The notes under the pieces are model-generated. The model searched no databases and had not been told where the DNA came from. It saw only the letters and a program-made list of their open reading frames with translations. Of a DNA stretch of 64,000 nucleotides, positions 40,335-50,564 are shown one piece after another (positions within the stretch are counted from its first letter, which is position 1; each line of letters begins with the position of its first letter). This DNA is from Alphaproteobacteria bacterium (GTDB taxonomy: Bacteria > Pseudomonadota > Alphaproteobacteria > Bin95). The stretch spans positions 3,616,001 through 3,680,000 of the forward strand of contig CBDBGH010000003.1 in the NCBI GenBank assembly GCA_965205265.1, given 5' to 3'. Position numbers and translations under genes: made by a program.

Positions 40335-42218
40335 TCAGAGCTTGAGCGCGCGCCCCTTGCGGCGGACCTTCTTCGGGGTGGGAATCTTCTCGCCCGGCCA
40401 GAGGATGTCGGCATAGGCGAGCGGGCGGTCGGCGAAGCCGAGCCGCATGGCGGGCGTGGCGCCGTCCACGCCGGTGTGGATGAAGTTGTTCACCGCCCGG
40501 AAGACGTCGAGATATTTCTGCACCATGTCCGGCCTGTAGGGCGCATAGCCGTACCAGACCTGCTGCCAGCGCCCGCTCGCCGTGTCGATCGGGCGCTCCA
40601 GGGCCGAGAGGAACCGCCGGGTCAGCTGGAAGACATTGTCCACCTGCGCGACCGAGGCCGCGAGATAGAGCCGGGCCCTGTCGTCGAGCTCCATATCCGG
40701 GCTCTCCGTGATCCAGCGGACCTCCTTGCCGGGCTCCTGGGCGGTCGGCACCGGGTGCCGCAGCCAGCCGTCCTCGGGCAGGCCGTCCGCCCGCAGGGCG
40801 GTCCGGATCATCTCGAAGCCGAGCTCCTCCTCCGTCATGCCCTCAAGATGTCGAGCCCGGGCGAAGGCCCGCATCTGCCTCTCGGTCTCGCGGTAGATGC
40901 GGTTGCGCTCGTCGATCGGGCAATCCTTGGCGTAGCGCACCAGGAAGCCCTGCGCGCGACCCTCGCAGACCTGCTCCTGGAAGGCGCACATGAAGGACGC
41001 GATGGTCGAGAGATGCTGGTCCATCGACAGCTGGAGCCGCTCGACGCCGGCGCCCTTCAGGATCTCGCGCAGCACGAACATGTGCCCGAGCGTCCGGTAG
41101 CCGGTCTTCACCAGCATGCCGGAGCGCAGCATGGTGTCGCGCAGCGGCCCCTGGCCCGGCACGATCTCCATCTCCGCCACGTCGGCATAGGCATTGGCCG
41201 CCCGGAAAGCGTCCTGGATGTCGCCGACGGCCTGTTCGGCCGCCCGGGCGCCCATGCGGCGCTGGCCGGTGCGCCCGCTGCGCATCTCGTCGCCGGCGAG
41301 CCAGAAGCGGGCATATCTGCGGAACGCCTCCTTGCGGGTCAGGTCGCCCAGTTCGGCCGACTCCTGGTTGACGTCGAACGGGTCGAAGCGCGGATCGTGG
41401 TTCACGTCCAGTTCGAGGATGAAGCGCGAGCCGGCATCGACGCTGCAGCAGGAGGTCACCTCGACCGTGCGGCGCTGGACCTTGCGCGGCCAGTTGACCA
41501 TGAGCGACTGCGAGTCGAGGGCGATGTCCATCTCGGCCGGCAGGCGCCGCGCGCCGGTCAGGAACGCCCGTGTGACGGCGCCGTTCATCTCCCGGCAGCG
41601 CCGGTGGATGAAGTCGAAGACCGTGTAGTAGTCCTTGCAGCTGTTGAGCCCGGCCCCTTCCACCGTGCGGCGCATCGGGGACTTGTTGGCGATTCGAGAG
41701 AGCACATCGGCGGCGAGCGACTGGTTCTTCGCGTGGATCCTGGGAGCCTTGCGCGAGACGAGGATGCGCCGCAGGCAGGCCTTGCACTGGTAGTAACGGT
41801 TCTCCGGCGTCTTGTAGTAGCCGCGCCTCCAATAGCGATCCCGATGCTCGCCGACCGAGAGGCCGAAATTGGCGCAGCCCTCAGTCTTGCAGGCGAAGTG
41901 GTGCTCCAGCGGCCGGGCATAGTCGGAGATGCGCTCGATCTCCTCGGCGATAGCCGCGTTCGAGCGGATGGCGCCCTTGCCCCTGCAGACCTTGCACTCG
42001 ATGGCGGGTTCCTGGCCCTTGGCGGTCGAGTTCAGCTTGTACCGGAGATCGCGGTCCCGGCTCGGCCCGGTCTTGCCGCGCTTCGTGCGCGCCGGCACGC
42101 CGAAATTGGCGCAGCCCGGCGTGCGGCAGTGGTTGACCTGAACCGGGAACGGTTCTCCGAGGAGCCTGGCATGGGCGATTTCGGGGACCCGGAGCGAGCG
42201 GCGGGGCGTTGAAGCCAT
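40335..42218 (-). CDS. large zinc-finger transposase-like protein (IS1/IS1595-like insertion element protein)
   Basis: Repeated C..C motifs (CRTPGCANFG, CKVC, CKTEGCANFG, CKAC), IALDSQ, SMDQ, VDNVFQ..RR, TPAMRLG. Confidence 0.65.
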   Translation of the reverse strand: MASTPRRSLRVPEIAHARLLGEPFPVQVNHCRTPGCANFGVPARTKRGKTGPSRDRDLRYKLNSTAKGQEPAIECKVCRGKGAIRSNAAIAEEIERISDYARPLEHHFACKTEGCANFGLSVGEHRDRYWRRGYYKTPENRYYQCKACLRRILVSRKAPRIHAKNQSLAADVLSRIANKSPMRRTVEGAGLNSCKDYYTVFDFIHRRCREMNGAVTRAFLTGARRLPAEMDIALDSQSLMVNWPRKVQRRTVEVTSCCSVDAGSRFILELDVNHDPRFDPFDVNQESAELGDLTRKEAFRRYARFWLAGDEMRSGRTGQRRMGARAAEQAVGDIQDAFRAANAYADVAEMEIVPGQGPLRDTMLRSGMLVKTGYRTLGHMFVLREILKGAGVERLQLSMDQHLSTIASFMCAFQEQVCEGRAQGFLVRYAKDCPIDERNRIYRETERQMRAFARARHLEGMTEEELGFEMIRTALRADGLPEDGWLRHPVPTAQEPGKEVRWITESPDMELDDRARLYLAASVAQVDNVFQLTRRFLSALERPIDTASGRWQQVWYGYAPYRPDMVQKYLDVFRAVNNFIHTGVDGATPAMRLGFADRPLAYADILWPGEKIPTPKKVRRKGRALKL

Positions 42219-42679
42219 GGCTCTGCCTCTTGTAATGAGGCGGTCCATCGTAACGCCGGAGGGGCTTCCTGTCAAGCCTGAATTAGAACATTGGCAAGTA
42301 AAAACAATGTGTTATCCGGGTTTCCTATCGACCCCCAGAGAATTCAAAGGAACTTTTGTGTCAGTTTATGACTGCTAAAATATGCCATATTATCAATGCA
42401 TTATATCGTATTTTGACACAGAATTTTCATCGGCTATCTCTCCGCCATAGCGGATGCTCCTTTTGTGGGAACCTGCTGTGAACTCGATACTCAACGTATT
42501 GATTTTCCGCCATTAACTGCCGCCGTTCAGCACCGCAACATGTTGCTTCGGAACGATTTCACGGGGTCAACGGCGGTGTCGAACAACATGGAGCGAGGCG
42601 CGCAAGCGCCGGATCGCGCCGGCCCGGGGTTTCGGTCGTGGCGCAGCGTCATGACGTGAACGCGAACCCGGTCTTCAGT

Positions 42680-42910
42680 TGGCGACGACTATAGGGGCAC
42701 AGGCTGCGACCGGGGGCACCTGGCTCCGGCCGACGCCATGAAATGGTCGGAAGAAGCCATGAGCGGCAGCCTCTTCCTGGCGAATACCGCGCCGCAGGAC
42801 GGGGTAGGGTTCAGCCGGCACATATGGAAGGCGCTGGAGCGGGGGATGCGGCGCCGGGCCTGTGAACGCGGCCGGCTCCCTGTCATGACCGGGCCCCTTT
42901 ACGAGACCCG
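42680..42910 (+). pseudogene. fragment of a DNA/RNA non-specific (NucA/EndoG-like) endonuclease
   Basis: DYRGTGCDRGHLAPA..MKWS..AM...NTAPQ..GF.R.IW..LE...TGPLY; no N- or C-terminus. Confidence 0.75.
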
Positions 42911-42912
42911 CC

Positions 42913-43932
42913 CTACCGCCCCCCTGCCGACCAGGAAGCGGCGGCAGTCCTGCCCTGTCCCTGCCTGTCCACACGGCGCCGGATGGCATCCTCAATGCTG
43001 CCGAGTATGCCTTTTGGCAGGAAGACGATGAACAGGACGAGCGCTACGCCGTAGATCGCGTTGTCGAGGCCGACGGCGTCCGTGCCAATGTAGATGCGCA
43101 GTATCTCGGCCAACAGCAGCGTGATGATGGCGCCGAAGGTCGGGCCGAACTGGGTAAACACCCCGCCCGCGACGACAGCGAACACGATCTGAAGCGAGAT
43201 ACCGATGCCGCTCACCGTGTCGGGCGCAACGAACAATTGGTATTGCACATACATCGCGCCGCCGAACGCCGTCATGACCGCAGAGAGCACGGTGATCTTC
43301 AGCTTTTCCCAGGTGACGTTGATGCCGGCGGCGGCGGCGCTGTCCTCGTCCTCGCTTATCGCATCGAGCGCATTGCGGACCATCGAGCGGTCCACTGCCC
43401 GCCAGACCAGGAGGCCGGCCAGCCAAACGACGACGGCGATCAGGAACCAGGTTTCCTTGTCCTCGAACTGCAGCGCGATATAGCCGGGCGTGTCGTCATT
43501 GCCCTTCGGCGTGGGCGTGAAGCCGAGCGAGCCGCCGGTATGGTCGCGCGTCGCGATCACCGTTTGCCGCACCACCTCCGTCAGCGCCAGGGTGACGAGC
43601 GCGAAATAGTGGCCCGTGATGCGGAACTTGAAGCAGGGGTAGCCGACGATCACCGCAAGCAGGGCCGCGAGCGCGAGCGCAATCGGGATGCCGAGCCAGG
43701 GCGTCATGCCGGCATAGTTCCAGAGCAGCGCCGTGGCATAGGCGCCGAGCCCCATGAAGGCGCCGTGACCGAGCGACACCAGGCCGAAACGGCCCATGAG
43801 CGACCAGCCGGTGTAGGTGAACGACCATATCAGGATCACGATCATGATATGCAGCGGATAGGACGGGATGCCGATAAGGGCCGCGATAGCGAGCAGCGCC
43901 GCGAAGGCTATCGGCAGGGTCAGGCTGTTCAT
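42913..43932 (-). CDS. branched-chain amino acid-type ABC transporter permease (LivM-like)
   Basis: SLGHGAFMGLGAY, YFALVTLA, GPTFGA, PKGI. Confidence 0.9.
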   Translation of the reverse strand: MNSLTLPIAFAALLAIAALIGIPSYPLHIMIVILIWSFTYTGWSLMGRFGLVSLGHGAFMGLGAYATALLWNYAGMTPWLGIPIALALAALLAVIVGYPCFKFRITGHYFALVTLALTEVVRQTVIATRDHTGGSLGFTPTPKGNDDTPGYIALQFEDKETWFLIAVVVWLAGLLVWRAVDRSMVRNALDAISEDEDSAAAAGINVTWEKLKITVLSAVMTAFGGAMYVQYQLFVAPDTVSGIGISLQIVFAVVAGGVFTQFGPTFGAIITLLLAEILRIYIGTDAVGLDNAIYGVALVLFIVFLPKGILGSIEDAIRRRVDRQGQGRTAAASWSAGGR

Positions 43933-44903
43933 GACCGCCGCCCCATAATGCCCTCGGGCCGGACGAACATCATCGCGATGAAGAAGGCGAAGGCGAACAC
44001 ATAGCCCCACTCCAGGTCGAAGTGGTAGCCGCCGAGCGCAATCAGCTCGGACAGGATGAATGCGGCGATAAAGCCGCCCACCATGTTCCCGAGGCCGCCC
44101 AGCACGCAGATCATGAAGGTGATCGGCCCGAAGCTGAGGCCGACGAAGGGATGCACATCGTATTGCAGCACCAGCAGGCAGGCCGCGAGGCCGGCAAGGC
44201 CGCCGCCGATGGCGCTCGAAATCAGGTAGAGCCGGCCCTGGGATGCGCCCATGAGCGTCATGATCTCGCGGTCCTGGCTGATGGCGCGGATCGCCGTGCC
44301 CATGAAGGTTCGTGTCAGGAACAGGTAGAGGAAGGCGACGCAGGCGGCGGCGACGATGAAGGCCGCAAGCCGCGACCAGGAAATGTAGATGTCCTCGGTG
44401 AGCGGAAACGAGCCGAGCGAGACGCCCAGATTTCGGAAGTCGATACCGAAGGCGAGCGTGGCAACGCTCTGGAAGAAGAACAGCAGGCCTCCCGTCGCCA
44501 GCAGTTGGTTGATCGGTGCCGAGTCCAGCAGGTGACGGATGACCAACCGGTGCACGGCATAGCCGATAAGGGCCGTCAGCAGGATGCCCGCCGGCATGGC
44601 GAGCAGCAGCGGCACGCCGTAGTAGCTGTGCAGGTAGTAGATGCCGTACATGCCCAGCATCACGATCTCGGCGTAGCAGATCCAGACGACATCGACGACG
44701 CCGAAGATCAGGTTCAGGCCGAGGGACAGCAGAGCCAGAACGCCGCCGAGAAGCAGCCCGTTGATCATCGCCTCGTAGAGGAAAACGTCCGACACCGCGA
44801 AACCGAGATTACCCTCCCGTATGATCGCGGGCACATAGGCCAGGCACACGAACAGCCCTGCCGCGATTACGATCAGCCAGACGCGGGTGTCGATCCTGCC
44901 CAT
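43929..44903 (-). CDS. branched-chain amino acid-type ABC transporter permease (LivH-like)
   Basis: SLGLNLIFGV, GTAIRA, VLGGLGN, RPEG. Confidence 0.9.
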   Translation of the reverse strand: MGRIDTRVWLIVIAAGLFVCLAYVPAIIREGNLGFAVSDVFLYEAMINGLLLGGVLALLSLGLNLIFGVVDVVWICYAEIVMLGMYGIYYLHSYYGVPLLLAMPAGILLTALIGYAVHRLVIRHLLDSAPINQLLATGGLLFFFQSVATLAFGIDFRNLGVSLGSFPLTEDIYISWSRLAAFIVAAACVAFLYLFLTRTFMGTAIRAISQDREIMTLMGASQGRLYLISSAIGGGLAGLAACLLVLQYDVHPFVGLSFGPITFMICVLGGLGNMVGGFIAAFILSELIALGGYHFDLEWGYVFAFAFFIAMMFVRPEGIMGRRS

Positions 44904-44934
44904 TTCCGTTCCCCGTCCCCCGAAACGCCCGGCC

Positions 44935-45639
44935 TCAAAGGCCCATGTAGAGGCGCCGAATCTCGTCGCTCGCCGCCAGCTCTTCCGCCGAGCCGGTCAT
45001 CCGGATCGAGCCCGCCTCAAGCACGTAGGCCCGGTCCACGACGCGCAACACCTGCTGTACATTCTGCTCGACGATCAGCACCGTCAGCCCCTGCTCCCGG
45101 ATGACCCGGACCAGTTCGAAAATGCGCTGCACGATCACCGGCGCGAGCCCGGCCGAGGGCTCGTCCAGCAGCAGCAGCTTGGGTTCGCTCATCAGCGCGC
45201 GTCCGATGGCGCACATCTGCTGTTCGCCGCCGGAGAGCGTGCCGGCAAGCTGGTGGCGGCGCTCCTTCATGCGCGGGAACAGGTCATAGACGAAGTCGAG
45301 CCGCCGGGCGAAAGCGGCACGCGCAGAGGGCACAAAGGCGCCCATGCGCAGATTGTCCTCCACCGACATGCGCGGGAACAGGCGCCGGTTCTCCGGAACA
45401 TGCGCGATCCCGAGCTCCACTATGCGGTGCGGCGGCGTGGCGACGAGGTTCCGCCCTTCCATGTCCATGCGGCCGCCGCGCGCCGGGATAAGGCCCGAGA
45501 TGACCCGCATCAGCGTGGTCTTGCCGGCGCCGTTCGGGCCGATCACGGCGACAGCCTCGCCGGCCTTCACCTCAAGGGTGCAGCCGAACAACGCCTGGAA
45601 GGTGCCGTATCCGGCATCGACATTGGAGAGCGCGAGCAT
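44935..45639 (-). CDS. ABC ATP-binding protein (LivF-like)
   Basis: GPNGAGKTT, LSGGEQQM, LLDEPS. Confidence 0.93.
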   Translation of the reverse strand: MLALSNVDAGYGTFQALFGCTLEVKAGEAVAVIGPNGAGKTTLMRVISGLIPARGGRMDMEGRNLVATPPHRIVELGIAHVPENRRLFPRMSVEDNLRMGAFVPSARAAFARRLDFVYDLFPRMKERRHQLAGTLSGGEQQMCAIGRALMSEPKLLLLDEPSAGLAPVIVQRIFELVRVIREQGLTVLIVEQNVQQVLRVVDRAYVLEAGSIRMTGSAEELAASDEIRRLYMGL

Positions 45640-45663
45640 GGGGTTCCGGCGTGCCGCCCTGTA

Positions 45664-46413
45664 TCAGCCCGGCGCCGCTACCGCGCCGGTATCGACCGTA
45701 TCCGTGCCGAGATAGACCTCGATCACCCGCGGGTCGTTCGCCACTTCCGCGGGCGTGCCCTCGGATATCTTCTCGCCGTGGTCCAGCACCATCACGCGGT
45801 CCACCACGCGCATCAGCACCCCCATGATGTGCTCAACCCAGATTACCGTGATGCCCATCTCGGCGCGGATCTTGCCGAGCATGTCCGCCGCCTGGTCCAT
45901 TTCGCTGTCGTCGAGGCCGCCCAGGCTTTCGTCGGCCAGCAGCAGCCGGGGTCTTGTCGCCAGCGCCTTGGCGAGTTCGAGCTTCTTGAGCCCGGCGGCG
46001 CCGAGGCTGCCCGTCTCGGCCCTGGGGTCGGTCGGCAGCCCGACCATCTCCAGCGCCTCCTCCGCCGCCTCCCAGGCCTCCGCCCGGCTGACGCCGTCCT
46101 GGCCGTAGAACCCGGCCAGCGCCGCGTTCTCCAGAATCGACAGCCGCCGGAACGGGCGCGGGATCTGGAAGGTGCGCCCGATGCCCATATGCACGATCCG
46201 GTGCGGCATCAGCCCGGCCAGTTCCCGGCCTTCGAAGCGGATCGAGCCGGCGGTGGGCGCAAAGGCTCCGGCGAGCATGTTGAAGATCGTGCTCTTGCCG
46301 GAGCCGTTAGGCCCGATCAGCCCCAGGATTTCTCCCTGCTCGACATCGAAGGAAACATCGTTCACGGCCGTGAAGCCGCCGAAACGCTTGACGAGATGTT
46401 CGACGGCCAGCAC
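45664..46413 (-). CDS. ABC ATP-binding protein (LivG-like)
   Basis: GPNGSGKST, RTFQ, VEH.M, V..DPRVIEVYLG. Confidence 0.93.
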   Translation of the reverse strand: MLAVEHLVKRFGGFTAVNDVSFDVEQGEILGLIGPNGSGKSTIFNMLAGAFAPTAGSIRFEGRELAGLMPHRIVHMGIGRTFQIPRPFRRLSILENAALAGFYGQDGVSRAEAWEAAEEALEMVGLPTDPRAETGSLGAAGLKKLELAKALATRPRLLLADESLGGLDDSEMDQAADMLGKIRAEMGITVIWVEHIMGVLMRVVDRVMVLDHGEKISEGTPAEVANDPRVIEVYLGTDTVDTGAVAAPG

Positions 46414-46455
46414 GGCGCGTGTTCCCTCCCCCGATGCGCGCGGATGCGCGAACCG

Positions 46456-47769
46456 TCACTTCGCGTAGGGCGAGGAATCCGGCAGCGGCAGCACGGGATC
46501 GATGGTCTGGAGCGCCTTCGGCCAGGCGACCTTGATCTCTTCGTCCACATACTGGACGACGACCGGGAAGGCCTCGGTGTTCTGGCCGTCCATGGCGCTT
46601 CCGGGCTCGGGAAATTTGACGCCGAAACCGAGCAGGGTGCCGCCGACCGGGATATCGGTCTCCAGCGCCGCAGCCCGCAGCGCGTCCGCCGAGATACCGC
46701 CATGGTCGCGGATCGCGCGCGGCAGCACGTCGGTGAAGAAGACATGCGCATTGGACGCCGCCATGCCGACATGGGCGGAAATCTTCTTCAGGTCCATGTC
46801 GGGCGTATCGACCGCCTTGGCGTATTCCTTGCCGACCAGTTCGGTCACCTCGCCCAGCCCGGGCGCAAGCGACGCTGGGTCAAGAAGCCAGATCGACACC
46901 GGATCGACATTGAAGATGTAGTTGGCCGCATCCCCGAAGGCTTCGTAGAGCTTGGCGGGCACGCCGTAGCCGGCGCCGTGGCCGATCAGCGCGCGGAAGC
47001 GCAGGCCCTGCTCCTGCGCCTGACGCAGGAACAGCGTGATATCCGGGTTGTAGCCGGTGTGCAGGATCACGTCCGGGCGGGCGCGTTTCAGTTTCGTCAC
47101 CAGCGAAGACAGGTCGGGCGCCGTGGTGGCGTATCCTTCCTTCAGCACGACCTCGAAGCCCTGCTCCTTTGCGCCGGCCTCGTTGCCGGCGGCCACGCCG
47201 GAGCCGTAGGGGCCATCCTCATGAATGATCGCGACCTTGAGGTCCGAGGGCTCGATGCCGAGCTTCTCCTGGGAATAGGCCGCCAGGAAATCGGTAGAGG
47301 ACGTGCCGAACATGCCGCCGTGGACCTGCGGGCGGAACACATATTTCAGGTTCCGGTCGCGGAGCACCGCCGGCGAGATGCAGGTGGTGATCCACATGAA
47401 CTTCTTGAGCTGCTCGACGCGGGCCGCGACCGGCACGCACTGGGCCGAGCTGTAGAAGCCGAGCAGCATGTCCACATTTTCCTGCTCGATCAGCCGGACG
47501 GCTTCGTTGATCGCGACATCGGGCTTGGACTGCGCGTCGGCATAGATCGGCTCGATCTTGTAGCCTTCGACACCGCCCTGGGCATTGATGTAGTCGATCA
47601 TGATCTTGGCGCCGCGGGCCTGGAGTTCCGACCCGCCGCCGGCCAGCGGCCCCGTATAGTCGTAGATCACGCCGATCTTGATGACTTTGTCCGCTGCCTC
47701 TGCCGATACTGCAAACGCCAATGCCGCCGCGCCTGTCACCAGGCCGCGTGCGATTGTTCCGAGCTTCAT
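46456..47769 (-). CDS. ABC substrate-binding protein (LivJ/K-like)
   Basis: Signal peptide, KIGVIYDYTGPLA, INAQGGV, HEDGPYG. Confidence 0.9.
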   Translation of the reverse strand: MKLGTIARGLVTGAAALAFAVSAEAADKVIKIGVIYDYTGPLAGGGSELQARGAKIMIDYINAQGGVEGYKIEPIYADAQSKPDVAINEAVRLIEQENVDMLLGFYSSAQCVPVAARVEQLKKFMWITTCISPAVLRDRNLKYVFRPQVHGGMFGTSSTDFLAAYSQEKLGIEPSDLKVAIIHEDGPYGSGVAAGNEAGAKEQGFEVVLKEGYATTAPDLSSLVTKLKRARPDVILHTGYNPDITLFLRQAQEQGLRFRALIGHGAGYGVPAKLYEAFGDAANYIFNVDPVSIWLLDPASLAPGLGEVTELVGKEYAKAVDTPDMDLKKISAHVGMAASNAHVFFTDVLPRAIRDHGGISADALRAAALETDIPVGGTLLGFGVKFPEPGSAMDGQNTEAFPVVVQYVDEEIKVAWPKALQTIDPVLPLPDSSPYAK

Positions 47770-48181
47770 GGCACCCCTCCCGGTCTCGCCTGTAGCCGCA
47801 TTCTATAGCAGCCTGCCGGCGTGGAGTCAGCAAGCGGGAAGCATCGATGCGGGCAACAGCGGCACACAGGGACGCCTGGCCCCAAAGTGTGTTGGGTTAT
47901 CCCGCTCAACCGCACCGGGAAGAAGAGGGCAGAAGGAAAGATTGGCCCACAATATAGCCGGTCCGCTTGTTGCGGGAAGCTCATATCCTGCAAGGCATTG
48001 CAATAGAGCGCTTCTCCTTTTCCGGGCTCCGATCTTTATTTCCTGACGGCGACTCGGTCAGGATGATGTCATACCAGCGGCGTCGGGTTACGACTCATGG
48101 AGGATGCCCCCCGCTTGACCGCGCGGACGCCCGAACGCATAGACGGCGGACAGGCGCTCTCGGACGGGATGGAAAGCACCA

Positions 48182-48595
48182 ATGGCTCACACGCGAATCC
48201 GGAAATTCAATACGGCGGACACCTACCCGGAGCAGAACCTCGACAACGATCTTTGCCAGGCCGTTGTCGCGCGCGGGCGCATGGTTTTCCTGCGCGGCCA
48301 ATGTCCGCAGAGCCTCGAGGACGGCGCGAGCATCGACAGCCACGATCCGGTGGAGCAGACGCACGAGGTCATGCGGAACATAAGGCAGTTGATCGAGGAG
48401 GCCGGCGGCTCGATGGAGCATCTGGTCAAGATCGTTGTCTATCTGACCGATATCCGTCACCGCGAGCCGGTCTATCGGACCATGGGCCAGTATCTCAAGG
48501 GCATCCATCCGGTCTCGACCGGGCTCGTGGTTCAGGCGCTGGCGCGGCCGGAATGGCTGGTCGAGATCGACGGCACCGCCGTCATTCCGGATTGA
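48182..48595 (+). CDS. RidA/Rid family protein
   Basis: VFLRGQ, VYLTD, PVSTG..V.ALA.PEWLVEID. Confidence 0.9.
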   Translation: MAHTRIRKFNTADTYPEQNLDNDLCQAVVARGRMVFLRGQCPQSLEDGASIDSHDPVEQTHEVMRNIRQLIEEAGGSMEHLVKIVVYLTDIRHREPVYRTMGQYLKGIHPVSTGLVVQALARPEWLVEIDGTAVIPD

Positions 48596-48641
48596 GGAGG
48601 AATTTCATGGCGAAGCTCAGCAGCGAACGGGAGCGCGCCGC

Positions 48642-49316
48642 GTGACGTTCTCCATTGCCGCGCGCTGCGCCGACACGGGCATGTTCGGCGTTGCCGTCTC
48701 ATCGTCCTCCCCGGCGGTCGCCGCGCGTTGCGCCTATGTGCGCAACGGGGTCGGCGCCGCACTCAGCCAGAATGTCACCGATCCGCGCCTGGGCGAGCGG
48801 ATCCTCGACCTGATGGCGCTGGGCGCGAGCGCCGCGAATGCGGTCGGGACGGTGTCCGAAACAAGCCCCCATATTCAGTATCGACAATTGCTCGCGGTTG
48901 ACGGCGCCGGGAGGGCGGCCGTTTTCTCCGGCTCCAACGCACTCGGAAATGTGGGCGAGGCATCGGGACCGGATGTCGCGAGCGCCGGCAACCTGCTGTC
49001 GGTCGACACGATTCCGCGAACCATCGTCGAGGCGTTTCTCGCGAGCGGGGGACATCTCGCCGACCGCCTGCTTGCCGCCATGCAGGCCGCGGTGGATGCC
49101 GGCGGCGAAGCCGGTCCCGTCCACTCCGCCGGCATGAAGCTCGCGGGCGAGGTCCCCTGGCCGGTCGTCGATCTGCGCGTGGACTGGACCGAAGGCTGTC
49201 CGGTCGCGGAACTCGCGCAGGTCTGGAAGGTCTATGCCCCGCAGCTCGACGACTATGTGACCCGCGCTCTCGACCCCTCCAGGGCCCCGAATTACGGCGT
49301 GCCCGGCGACCGGTAA
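48642..49316 (+). CDS. DUF1028 family Ntn-hydrolase-like protein
   Basis: MTFSIAARC..TG.FGVAVSS, AGNLL, GGE..P..SA, DLRVD. Confidence 0.88.
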   Translation: MTFSIAARCADTGMFGVAVSSSSPAVAARCAYVRNGVGAALSQNVTDPRLGERILDLMALGASAANAVGTVSETSPHIQYRQLLAVDGAGRAAVFSGSNALGNVGEASGPDVASAGNLLSVDTIPRTIVEAFLASGGHLADRLLAAMQAAVDAGGEAGPVHSAGMKLAGEVPWPVVDLRVDWTEGCPVAELAQVWKVYAPQLDDYVTRALDPSRAPNYGVPGDR

Positions 49317-49344
49317 GCCGGCCCCGGGCGCTCCGCCCGGCCTG

Positions 49345-50385
49345 TTACGACTGTTTCCGGGCGAGCCGCGCACCCTCGACCATGGCCTTCAGTTTCGCCC
49401 TCGCGACCGGCAGCGACAGCGGGACCAGCCCGCAATCCGGTGCCGCCTGGATCTGCGCGGCCGGCAGGTGCTTCGCGGCTTCCAGCAGCTTTCCCGCGAC
49501 ATATTCCGGCGTTTCCACCTCGTCGATGCCGTTGTCGATGCAGCCGAACATGACCGTCTTGGAGGGGCAGAGGCGAAGCAGCGCGGGGTCCAGGCGCGAC
49601 GCCTCGAACTCAAGCGCCAATTGATCGACCCTGGAGCCTTCCAGCGCCTCCAGAATCACCGGATAGCTGTCCATGATCGGCCGGGGCACGCCGGGCATCG
49701 GGTAGCTGTAGCAGACATGCGCGGCCGTCAGCGTGTTCTCGATGCCCTCCAGACACCGGTCCAGCGCCGCGATGCCCCATTCCCTGACCTTGTCGGGATA
49801 GCGGCTGAACACCGGCTCGTCGAACTGGATGACGGCCGCGCCCATCCCGTCGAGCTCGCGCGCCTCCGCGTTGAGGGCGTCGGCCACATCCATCGCCATC
49901 GCCGCCTCGTCGCCGTAATGCTCGTCGGCCGTCGAATCGACCACGGTCATCGGCCCCGGCATCGTGATCTTCACCGGCCGGTCGGTCTCCGCCAGCATGA
50001 ATTTGAGATCGTCCGCAAGCATCGGCTCGGTGCGCCGCACGGGGCCGGTGCAGCGGCCGACCTCCGCCAGCCGGCGTCGGTTCCGGGTCCATTTCTTCGC
50101 CAGCGTCTCGTAGTCGAACCCGCTAAGGCGCATGGTGATATAGGTGAGGTAGGAACGCCGCCGCTGCTCGCCGTCGCTGACGATATCGATCCCGGCGGCC
50201 TCCTGGTCGTGCAGGGTCACCCGGGTCGCGTCGTCCATCGCCTCGGACAGCAGATCGCCCGAGAAGACCCAGTCCGCACCCTTGCCGTGAACCTGCTTGC
50301 CCGTCTCGTTGAGCGGCACCTGCTCCATCAGCCAGGCCGGCTTCGGCATGGACCCCACGACCGTGGTGAGAAACGGTTCCGTCAT
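49345..50385 (-). CDS. cobalamin-independent methionine synthase II family protein
   Basis: TTVVGSMPKP, SDGEQRR, PGPMT, IQFDEP, HVC, APDCG. Confidence 0.9.
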   Translation of the reverse strand: MTEPFLTTVVGSMPKPAWLMEQVPLNETGKQVHGKGADWVFSGDLLSEAMDDATRVTLHDQEAAGIDIVSDGEQRRRSYLTYITMRLSGFDYETLAKKWTRNRRRLAEVGRCTGPVRRTEPMLADDLKFMLAETDRPVKITMPGPMTVVDSTADEHYGDEAAMAMDVADALNAEARELDGMGAAVIQFDEPVFSRYPDKVREWGIAALDRCLEGIENTLTAAHVCYSYPMPGVPRPIMDSYPVILEALEGSRVDQLALEFEASRLDPALLRLCPSKTVMFGCIDNGIDEVETPEYVAGKLLEAAKHLPAAQIQAAPDCGLVPLSLPVARAKLKAMVEGARLARKQS

Positions 50386-50564
50386 GGCGGCCTGCCCCCG
50401 TCGATCAGTCCGTTTCCAACGTTAGTGCATTGCCGGCTTCTCCGCCACTTCGCCAAGCCCCTGCCGCAGATGCGCTTTCCCGCACGCAACATCCGGTTGC
50501 GCCTACTGCCCGCAGGCGAACCGGGCTAGGATTGCGCCTGTCCGACCATGGCGGGAGAAGCGGG

